A stretch of 44,018 nucleotides of DNA, from assembly GCA_013115145.1 (NCBI GenBank), contig JAAPAO010000276.1, forward strand, positions 1 through 44,018, read 5' to 3'. A program made the position numbers and the translations under genes. Within the stretch, counting starts at the first letter, position 1. Each line of letters opens with the position of its first letter. This document shows positions 9,966 through 20,366 of the stretch, one piece after another. The notes beneath the pieces were generated by a model. The model ran no database searches and was not told the origin of the DNA. It worked only from the letters and a program-made list of their open reading frames with translations. The stretch is from Perkinsus chesapeaki ATCC PRA-425 (Eukaryota; Protista; Perkinsozoa).

Positions 9966-12900
9966 TCAACGGATAGCTACGAATAAACTCCTTTCAGCTT
10001 CACTCATATTTTCTTTCAATGATCTATACGCCCGACCAGCGGGCATTAGCCTTATCGCCTCCAACGGAACTTTTCTACAATCATCCGCGTTGAGTTCGCT
10101 GTTTTCAGTGTCGGATCGCGCCATGTAATAGTGCTCGAGATAGTCTAGCTCTACGGGCCATGTAGCTTTGGGCTCATACCAGCTTACAGGTTGAGGCTCA
10201 CACGGTAAGCTATCCCCTGTTATGGCACCGTAAAGAAACATGACAGGTTACTTGGTGGTAAGAACAAGAGGTCTGAGAGAATCATTTCATTCTTTGATGT
10301 GATAATCTAGCCGCCACTGGTAGCATCGGATAACTTCTTAGCTCGCGTCATACTGGACTACTATCCACTCGATTAATTCACTCACTTCTTCGACACGTGC
10401 GATTACAGAAACATTTTCAGAAACGAACAAGTCATGCATGCATCTGAATGCTGGGAATCCCATCGATTGACAGCGGTGTATCACCTGCGTTCGTGTACTT
10501 GGCTGACGGGGAAAGCCACAGAATTATCGGGGACTCGGAGTTTTTTTGAGCTTACCGCTTCTCTCCGGAAGCAAAAAGTCGACGTAAATTCCACCGGAAA
10601 TGCCATCACCTACATTGACGCCTTCCACGTGCGAAGCCACAAAACTAAAGTAAAAAAGTGCGAACGCGATACTCTTATCAACAAGCATACCTCAACGACT
10701 TCGCAGAGAATTCAACCTGCGGGATCTTATCTCCAAGCAAAACAACGCCCGGCTGAGTTAGCCTTTTCATGGCCGTGTAAGTGTCAGCAAATGTCGGGAA
10801 CCTTACCGTACAAAAAACATTAATCTAATAAATCACCGCCAAACAGGAGGAGATGAGCGTAAATGATGTGCTAGACTGAAAGGGAAGCGGCGCAGTCTGG
10901 AAAGTTACGTACCTCAGGCAGAAGATACCATCGTTGAGTTGGTCCTGTACAAACCATCTAGTAGAAGTTAACGTCTCCACAGTGGCATCATTGTCGCTCT
11001 TCAGCGAGCCTTCCAGAGCTTCCAACTTTCGAACAGACTAAACGCATCAATCGAACCTATCCGCTATGATTTTGCGAGCCCACCTCCAATCTCAGTGCTT
11101 TATCCACGGAGATGGACGGATCCTGATGGATAGCAACTGTTGAAGCCGATTCGCAAGTGACCCTCAAATCCGTCAGGGGCGTCGGTGGCTTGGAGAGGTC
11201 AGCATCTGGTATCTGGAAAAATCAAAAAATGTAGAGTAATGAAACATGGAAGATACCTCAAAGATAGGTGCATTTCGAACTCGCATTTCCACTCGTGCGT
11301 CGGTGCCTTCTGTTATTATATTGCCGATTTTCTCCAATACCTCGGATAACATGTACCTGACAAATCCTGTGACGCCGTGACGCGGTGGAAGCAGACAACT
11401 TACTGCCAAGCCACTCTGGTAATCATTAGCGTCCTTTTGAAAATCGCCGGCTCTAGACGCATGACTCTGTTGGACACATCATCCGCGCTGGTACAAACCA
11501 CACCGAAGAGCCTCGTTACATTCGACCGGCATTGGAGGGCGGCCTTACGAGAGAAAAGTTCATGGGACCCGAGTAAACGGCAGCATTGCTTACCTGCTCA
11601 GTTTCGAACTCTATCAATGCGGTTATGCGTGATTCGAAAGAGGCGAAACTTTGTGAACTATCCGAAATGGAATCCGCGGTTGATGCGCGGCCGCTGAAGA
11701 TCTCCACGTCAACGATCCGACCGACCTGCATGAAAACGGCGTGAAGTGAAAGAGCGTGTAGGAAGGGGCCCGACATATCTCGTTCTTTGGATCGCAAAGC
11801 ACCATAATACTATGCTATTGCTTTATTCTTATACTGTAAATTTTCCCGAACACCTTCCGGGAAATCGGAAAATATTTTTCCGAAAAATATGGCAAAATCT
11901 TACGTTTCCGAGTGCATGAGCAATATCCTCTCGAGTGACGCCAAACGGAAGGTTTGTGGCGAAGACCATTCGTCTTTCTCGAGCTTGGATGTTATCTGGA
12001 TCAGACCCGATGAGGGATCCACTAAGGATATCAACTCGAACCTGAAATGACAAATGCCAAACAAATAGCCTACTGCAAACAAATCGCGAACAAGTAACGT
12101 CTCATTCTCTTTAAGCGGATTACTTTGGAGGTATTTCAAAACCGCACACTAACTGCTACTTCGACGAACCATCTCACGAAATGTGCTATTACGAGAATTT
12201 CTCATACAAGCTCTCCCATTTTAGGCAGAGTTTTTCCAACTTTTATTATCGCATGATTTGCTATTGAGACTGCAACGAAGGTGAAGTGTGAAGGGTGAGT
12301 CCGTTGCTAAGTAGCTCAGAAGTGTACTCACATCAGGGACTCTCTTGTCTCGTACTGCGGTTGCTCGAGGAGCTCTGAATGCCACTTGATCATCATGAAT
12401 AACTTCCTCGGTAGAATGAACTTCTTCCGTGTTGAGCACTACGATTGGCTGTTCACTAAATCTGATTAAAGACACCGGCATCTCGTCTGCGAATAACCCC
12501 CGATATAATCCACGGACTCCACGTGAAGACTGTAGAGGACAGTTCTAGCAGTGGACTATGAATAACGTCTGTATTTGAAGCACAGTTCAGCTGCTGCTGG
12601 AAGGTTTATAACGATGGCAATAACGGTGAGGATTATGAATTTATTGATTCATAGCGATCATGCTCACATAGGGCTCATTGCAACTGCGCTACAAGCGCCA
12701 ACGGTTACGAGAGGAGTAGCGGAATCCTTCGCTTACGTTCTCCTCTGCATTGGAACTGAACTAAGATCTTCCATAGTGTCCTCAAAGGTCCCTTTCTTTC
12801 CAGGATAATCCTCCGGTGATGCCGATTGCAATACCTGAAATATAGGTGGAATGAAATCGAAATGCATACACCAAACGATTAAAGGGCACATTAAGCGCAA

Positions 12901-13721
12901 AATGCTACTGTCGGAATATATGCCCTCTACGAATTTTGGCTAGAAAATATTGTTCTACGTTCTGGCGAAGAGAGCAGGCGCCTCGACAAGGTCGTGTTAG
13001 TAGATAAGCCGAGGTATCCTTACCGAAGATATGTCGCTTCTTCCTCGGCACTCCGCTAGAGCTCGCGCCACTGCATCGGCTGCATCTAGGTTGCTCGTCG
13101 CTAGGTAAAACTGAAAACAATAGAGAATAGGTCAACAGTATCACATGATGGACATTTAATTTCCTCTGGAGTCTTACAGCCTTCCTGACCGCCACCAGCA
13201 TCCTCCAGGCAGCAGCCGGTTGTTGATTTGCTTTCATTTCACTAGTTGTTTCCCATGCCTTGACTCTTTTCAACAACTCCTTCCGTGCTGTAGGGCCAGT
13301 CACACTCGGGTCCCAAACAATCTCCGACAGGTCCTGAAACCGTAAGTGGTAGAGTAAGAAAGTTGAAGAAAGGGAGAATCTCGTCAAACAGTCCAACGCA
13401 ATCGTGATCCACAGAGAATTGAGATGTCTCGACATCGACAATTCAGATTCACGCCATTCTGCCGGTAAGAACGAACAGAAACGAGCTGACCTGCCTTGGA
13501 AATGAACCTACCTGTAAGGCGGCGACGCTCTTGCATTCGCTGGTTCTCCGCATAGTTTTCGGATCCTGCCTCAACCAGTCTCCTTCAGGTAACTTCGACC
13601 ACGTCCTCGCATCAATATTCTTAGCGTGCTCTCGAGCTGCAATCGTAGTTGCCAACTGCCTTCTGACTGCTGCTGTGAGCGCTGGAAGGGATGTCTTAGT
13701 GAATGAGTGGAAGGGGATCAT
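9966..13721 (-). CDS. Multi-exon hypothetical protein with an RRM domain, possibly mitochondrion-targeted
   Basis: RNP2-like RMVFATNLPFGVTREDIAHALGN (about 11910-11975), followed by the exon GRIVDVEIF...TALIEFETE. First exon MIPFHSFTKTSLPALTAAVRRQLATT resembles a transit peptide. Last exon ends SLFVAIR*. The internal exon chain is not fully resolved and this could be two genes. Confidence 0.6.
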
Positions 13722-13837
13722 CTTAGAAAATAGGAAATACTCGAATTCTGCTTTGATGCGTTTTTTATCAACCGTTCATCGTGGCTATTTCCCGAAAACA
13801 ACACAGTAAAGTGAAAAGCACAAATCTAATTTTATAT

Positions 13838-15254
13838 TCAACCCTTTCTAACGCCGAGTATGAAGCCGGCCATGAAACTGCCCGCGGCGATACCGGTGTT
13901 CTCGGTAAGGTAGTTGACAGCACGAACCACAGCCTGAAAGATTAGTATGCATGTGCTTGCATAGGTGGGAGAATTGAGGGGATTGCGAACAATTTTTGCG
14001 TCCTATAAGATTAGAGTGTATTTCTCGCGACGATGGGAAAATTGTGCAGTTAAGCTGAGCAAAGCCAACGGACATTCTCAACACGGTTACCCCGCCATTT
14101 TAAAAAGAGTACGACAAAGGGTAGTTATCGAGGGAGAATAACCGAGAGCAGGTACCAAAGCGTGACATAGTCCCTTGCGAGTGCAAGCAGAAAGCCGAAA
14201 GGCGCGCTTAGAAATCTTCTGTAGCATGATTCGACACAAGAGCTATATGCTTCCCATGCGCTCACCTCTCGAGCATCCACTTCCGTAACCTCGCCGTCAC
14301 CATCCATGTCGAGGCCTTTCATCACATCACGTTGGACCTACAGAATCACATTAGTGGATCCAAGGTGAGCGGAATTGAGCAATTGAAACGGAATCTTAGC
14401 GAAAACGAACGGGAGTAATGCGAGATTCCACCACTGATGATGCGAGGATCCTAAAGCGCTTCCGCTCTGAGTGCCCTGGAAATATTTCGCCCACACGAGT
14501 ATACCGATGAATTGGGGAATCGCTGAAAAGGACCTACAGCATCCCAATTGACATTAACATATCCGGCTTGAGCGGCTGCTTGAAAAGTAACAAATACGAC
14601 ACCAAAAGTGACCGCTGCTGCCTTACCAACCTGAATGTGAAACATGTGAAGTAGAAACACGGTAGACTTAAGCCAAGGTTCTTCCAGTAAATTGGGGTAA
14701 TAGCCGGCACACAGAAGTATCTTTATCACATTTGCTCACGCCGAAGATCAATACTATATGTGGAAGTATAAGGATCACATGCTGCATGAAGATGGCCAAT
14801 AAAATATCACTTGACTTACCTTCTTGAGGAAGAAGCCACTGCAAAATCCAGATATCATACCGAAGCTCAGTGGCTCCGCAACCTCACCAAGGTTCGTATC
14901 AGAAATAACCTGAGGAAAGCAGTACTAACTACGGAAGGTTTGGGTAGTTCGTCGCTGACTAACATAAGAGAGTGACCTAGAAACCCCCGAAATCGATGAC
15001 TGTTCTACAGCGTAGTTCTTGGAAGGTATATTATCCACTTCCACGCCATGATTTTTTTGATGATACGTAAGGGCATGCACCGCACCGACCTGAGATAGGT
15101 TCCTGTGTTCTCGCTTTGGAGGGTCCATGAACTTCTCCTCAGCCCAACAAACATTAGGTCGCAGGCAGGAACCGGCCATTATTGAGGCCCCTGCGAAGCC
15201 AGCAAATCGACGTAAGTTACTCGGTCGGAAGAAACAGCGTGCAAAAGTGGACAT
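13838..15254 (-). CDS. FUN14: FUN14 family mitochondrial outer-membrane protein
   Basis: Exons give CAGY..., VGKAAAVTFGVVFVTFQAAAQAGYVNVNW, GLDMDGDGEVTEVDARE and a last exon AVVRAVNYLTENTGIAAGSFMAGFILGVRKG*, which is the FUN14 pattern. The N-terminus is transit-peptide-like. Confidence 0.88.
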
Positions 15255-16049
15255 TATCGATTAAACTTGGCATTGTATATTTGAGCTTCTAATTCTAAAG
15301 ACCCACTGAAGGCATCCCGCTCATGGAGTCGCACAAGCAGATAACACAGCGCTGTGGAAGAAGCGAAACGAAAGTGGATTTTCCATGTGGCGGCGAATAA
15401 TGATTCGAAAAGAATAGCGGCCGAACCATCGACAGGCCCTCACGGCTGACAACACAACGAGCGGTGCGCGTATAAGTTGTACGGTACAACTCCTTTGTTG
15501 GGAGAGTTCGCAATGTGCCCACATTTATGGCTGAGAAGAAGTGCTCCCTAATGTTGGACGTTCCAACTTGGAACGGTCTGATCCTACAGTTATGAGAGTG
15601 TAACTGACATGGTCACGTCAGCTAAGGTAGACTAGTGGCGGGAGAATCTGAAGTAAAAGAAGTTTAAGCTCCAGGCACCCTGAGGATGTCATAGTAGTTC
15701 GAGTAAATTCCGAACCCAATCATCACCGTTGATAATGCCTTATATCGTACTGTGCGATTCGATTTTAGATCTCCCAACAAAAAATACAGCCAGCCGAAAA
15801 GCCATGCTAGAGGCATCAAGCTCCTCTTGGCCTGCCGGAGCCAAATATAGCTAACGAACTCAATAGGTAAAGTAGTCATAGTGGTAGAAATGCCTCAAAC
15901 ATACCGCACCTAACGTACGGTACCTCACTACTATGCTATTAATAAACCTCCTTGCCCATTAACTTGGATTTGATTTGCTTCGGATTACCCTAATCGGGTG
16001 TTCCGGCTTCGGCGAGGTCGACCCTCTTCATTAGCGGGCACGTAGCTCT

Positions 16050-16760
16050 ATGCTAATATACAAAACGGTTCTTTTTCGAGCTACTAACTGTTTGCCTCTA
16101 GCGTCGTTTTGCGGCATAACAGTTATGTCAGCTCTCAGCATGTGTACCCAGCAGTATAACCGGACGCTAGGTCATCTGATTATGTAGGCCACGTGAGGTT
16201 CTGCGTCAACCCGTAAGGACTGATCCTTCCGTAGACCTGTGTGAAGGCACTCGTGAATGCTTCGGCAGCGTCGGCGACCAATACCTGGGGCTTGAACTAT
16301 ATTTATTGCCTCGGATCCATAAACGCACGCTTCACAGTACTGCTTTCACTACTGCGCTACTCTCTCCCACACTGAAGCCAATAGCCATGAGTCGGAAGCG
16401 CGCCGGAGGATCGAGACTGCCAAGCACTACCACGGGGATGCCCGCCCATGTGAGCTTGTAGGTGAAGTCCCAAGCAATACGTCGTAGGCCCCATCGTGAT
16501 AGTGACTAGCAGATAGTCGTGAGCGAAAAAATGCGAGGAGCTGCCCATATTCGGAATGTGATATTGCAGAGACTCCCGCTGATCTTTCTTGGCGACTGAC
16601 TCAGTCGAACTGAGGCTCCCCACGCTCAGCTTGGAACGTTGAACTCCAAGCTCCCCAAGAGCTGTATTTTCGAATAACAGTTATTCAACAACTAGCGCGG
16701 TGTTTAAAGCGGCATTTATGCGAACCCTGGCATTGCCAGTGGCATTTGCTGAGACGATTC
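16050..16760 (-). mobile_element. Decayed MULE (Mutator-like) transposase fragment
   Basis: Broken frames read IAWDFTYKLTWAGIPVVVLGSLD..RFRLMAIG (first catalytic Asp, about 16400-16484), VLVADAAEAFTSAF (second Asp, about 16250-16285) and LYCWVHMLRA (CxxH, about 16135-16160). Stops and frameshifts are present and no TIRs were found. Confidence 0.8.
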
Positions 16761-17644
16761 TGTCCCATCCTCCGCCACTGCAGCCGTAAGTGACTGCCTG
16801 TTATGCTGTTCGAGGATGCCTCGACGAGAAACTGGTGGACAGCGGCGGTCACTCTCTGCCTGTTATCTCAGGCTGCGTGGATGGCCCAAGGAAGGAATGC
16901 CGTACGACGTGCCATACGAGGGTGCCATGCATGTTAGGCCGGCGAAAAGCCCAAACCCCGCGACCCAAGTATTATAACGGACCCCGCTACGGGGAGGGGA
17001 GGTGAATAATAGCCTCATAATTGCATCGCGATAATCTCTAGGCCATCATCCCAGAAGAGACCTTGGCTCCTTGGTTCCCGGTTCTCAATGGCTTCTGAGA
17101 TGCCTGCTAATTGTGTTATAGTCTATAGCCTGTAGACAGCAATGATATCCAGTGACTGTCAGTCACTAAACTCAAGCTGAGATACCACATAAAATTTCGG
17201 CCAATTTCGGCCGAAACCGTGCCTCTGATGAAGAGTGTCATTGTTTAATTAACCCATCAGCGATCATCCAGCAGTGCTGGGCCAGCACCACCCACAGGTT
17301 GACTCACGGTTATTCCTACACCGTCCGCCGTCATTATCTTTCAGTAGGCTTGACAAACTTCGACATTATCATCAGAGCTGCTGGACCAGCATAGCCTTAC
17401 AGTGCAGGGAAGTGCTCGGTACGAGGACGTCGTATCTGTGCGGCAAGAAAATATATCTGATAGGTCGTCGACTTCTCTGATGCGAACTCGTTAAGACGAA
17501 TTCAGACCGACCCATCTGACAGATCCAACCCCACGGTGGCAGGCTTGATTGGTTTCTGAGGCCCATCAAAAGCATACCAGAAGCCTGACTGATTGTAAAC
17601 CAACAATACAACACTGCGGAGCAGAGAAACGGGAATCCACATTT

Positions 17645-19165
17645 TCATGTTGACGGCTTCTTTCTTACACTAGTAGTCCTCGTCTTGAGTATCCAATCTT
17701 TATCTCCTCCCGATTTGTGGCGAGCTGCGTTACTTTTCCTCTTGTACTCGCAATAGGTGTCAATGTCATCCATTGAAATGGGTTCTGAAACAAGCAGCAT
17801 GATACTATTAGCAGTCATGAAATACGCCATCGAATGGAACGGACAATGAAGCACGCTAGTAGTGTTGTTTTTAAACTCTCCTCTGATTGCCCTCTGAACT
17901 CACCATCACAGTTGAGGAACTGCCCACCAACTCCAGGCGGCCAAAAAGAACCAGGCAATGTTCGGAACAGAACTGGTATCGATATCCGTCTCGAACTTGT
18001 TGGTCCCCGAATAGATCGATGTGCCTGAGAGCCGAAATGTGACGACAAATCGCACTTTAGTATGTAAGTTGCATAATGTAACACACGAACAACTAAACTG
18101 TGGAATTTTTTGGGGAACACTGTTCCCGGAACAGTTTTCCACTTTGCCAGCAACTAGTGAATCACGCATGAAAAATAGTACTATAGTGCGATAGTAGTAT
18201 AGTAATATATATATGCTATAGTAAACCGCTCGGAGACTGAGTCAAGCCCTCCATATTACAGCTGCAGGAATGGCGTCATTTGTAACAATTGACATGAAGT
18301 CACCTGGAAAGACCACGACGGTTTTACCGTCAGCTATAAAACGATCCACAGGCTCCCACTGGTGATTCTGCGGACTCAGAATCTCGAGCCCGGGCGATGC
18401 GCAGCTTTCTGATCTCGCTGCCACCACCTGATGAAACGACAGGGACGCTTAGTTTGTCAAGCCTCAACTTAGTTTGGTTCTCACAGCGATAGCCTCGCAC
18501 CAGAAGAGACTCAGATGAGGCATGAGCCTCATGATGAGGCCCTCACCTGGAGAATTCCATGCTACAATTGTCAAGATATGACTGTTAGAACTGTTATGAA
18601 GGGATGATAGTTCATCGGCACTTACCGTAAAAAAGCTAGTATCAGTGTGCGGCTCAAACCCTCCACTTGTGTAGCTACAAAGTCTGACTGTTGATTTTGA
18701 TATTTGATTACCCACAGGCGGGAATAAATCAACGCAGCCCTCAAGTGCCCCAGAACCTACTCAAAGAGAGACAGAACGTGATGGTCTAGTAATCACTGTT
18801 CACTTCCATCTCAGAAATGCACCAAAAGCACAAGAAACGCTGTCACTCACGATAAGCTTACCACCAAGCGAACGGGCGATACATGCACACAAAGCTTTTG
18901 CTATGTTAGCGGCATGCATAATATGGGCCACCAACGGCGCTTTGAACCCTCCATGATTGAAGCCTTCTGGGATGAAGGATACACTGGATTGGTCACGAAT
19001 TGCGTGGAGATCGACAAACTCTCCACAGCCTCGGCGAGAATATCTGAGTTGAACGATGACAAAGCCAGCAAGTTCCGACACACAACTTTTGCTCCAAGAG
19101 ATGATGAGAGCACCGACCTCTAGGAGATATAACATGTCTACAACGCGACTAACAGATTCTACCAT
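17645..19165 (-). CDS. 2-oxoglutarate/Fe(II)-dependent dioxygenase (IPNS-like family), multi-exon
   Basis: Spliced: STVRLCSY..GFEPHTDTSFFTV (HxD at 18641-18649), PGLEI...WEPV...VVVFPGDFMSIVTNDAIPAA|AHRS (distal His), RRISIP (RxS 2OG-binding motif). The 3' end may extend to about 17270. Confidence 0.85.
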
Positions 19166-19351
19166 CAAATATCACTCATTTAAGGTACACACATCCACAA
19201 GAAGTGCATAAGCTATTAGCCTAGCTAAGCTAGCATTTAGCAGCTTTTAGGTTGAACATCTCGCGACAGCGAGATTATTGTAGGGCCGTGGGTCATTCAA
19301 TTACGTTATAGAAAAGTCAAGAGACATTTAAGTGAAGGGAGTCGATAAACA

Positions 19352-20060
19352 TCAAATGCTTTCCTCCTTCACTGGTGCCAGGCCAAACCTAATCACTGAA
19401 CCTTTTACTTTATCCTGCTCCTCTTCAGAAAGCTGCGTCGGGTTACCATTACTCGAAATTCGATCCATGAACCCTCATGAGTTATAAAGCACAACTCGCC
19501 GAGTGCTCGCGACAATCTCCCAAGTCACCCCACAGGACGGCCCTGAGCCTTCCTCATCGTCGCTCCTCCAGCTATCTTCATTTTTTCCTCCTCATCGCGA
19601 TCGAAGTAATTTGACGTGGCTCCAAGAAGGGTTTTAAGCAGCCGACTAGATTCGTGGCGAACGAGAACGAATCCGCGTAACTGCAAAAATTATAAAACAT
19701 GTTCCCCTGGGGGGAGCAGAAAGTTACCTTCAATTCCGTCACGACCAAACCGTCCACATCGGTAACACCGTCAAGAGCCATTAGCTCGGACTCGTCATCA
19801 TACGTAAACACCAGAGGAGACCTGTCTCGTAGCGGAGGAATCATAGTGACCAATTCGAAACCATTGACTATTCACTGGAGGTCAACAGTTGAATGGTTAA
19901 CCGATCAATCCTGTTCGAGGTTCTGCTATGTAATCGGTGGCCCTTCACCACCGATCGGTTTGCTTCCCCTAAATACTCCCCAGTTTTCCGGTGGCAGGCC
20001 ATGATGAGCCATAACTCGTGGCCATCGAGTTGATGGCAGCAATGATGCCATCCTAGGCCA
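19352..20060 (-). CDS. Hypothetical multi-exon protein
   Basis: Exon-like segments bounded by AG/GT: SPLVFTYDDESELMALDGVTDVDGLVVTELK, LRGFVLVRHESSRLL... and FMDRISSNGNPTQLSEEEQDK...EESI*. Start codon and phases are unresolved. Confidence 0.4.
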
Positions 20061-20366
20061 AAGCAATGGAAAAGACGCGTAGAGATAGAGGTGTGGAAAG
20101 TCATGTGGAAGTTTGCAAAGTCTCCAAAACAACTTGTCTTATTTTAGAGTTTTAGAAATTTCTTGTTGCTTTATTCTCTCTCTACCGTCTTTTGTATTCT
20201 GCTACACACCAGTCAAGGCGTGAGTGAGGTAGCCGAGCTCCGCGCTAAAATGTTAAGGCTAACAAGTTGCCTCATTAGTGACCTCATAGGCTCCACTGAA
20301 CACCACGGCAAAGCCATCTACTTTCCATTGATCCCACAACTCAACCAATATCCACAGGAAACAACG

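Noticed and set aside
15664-15879. Hydrophobic 71-aa ORF resembling a membrane protein
   Set aside because: Lies at the tail of the decayed MULE region with no supporting exons or family motif.
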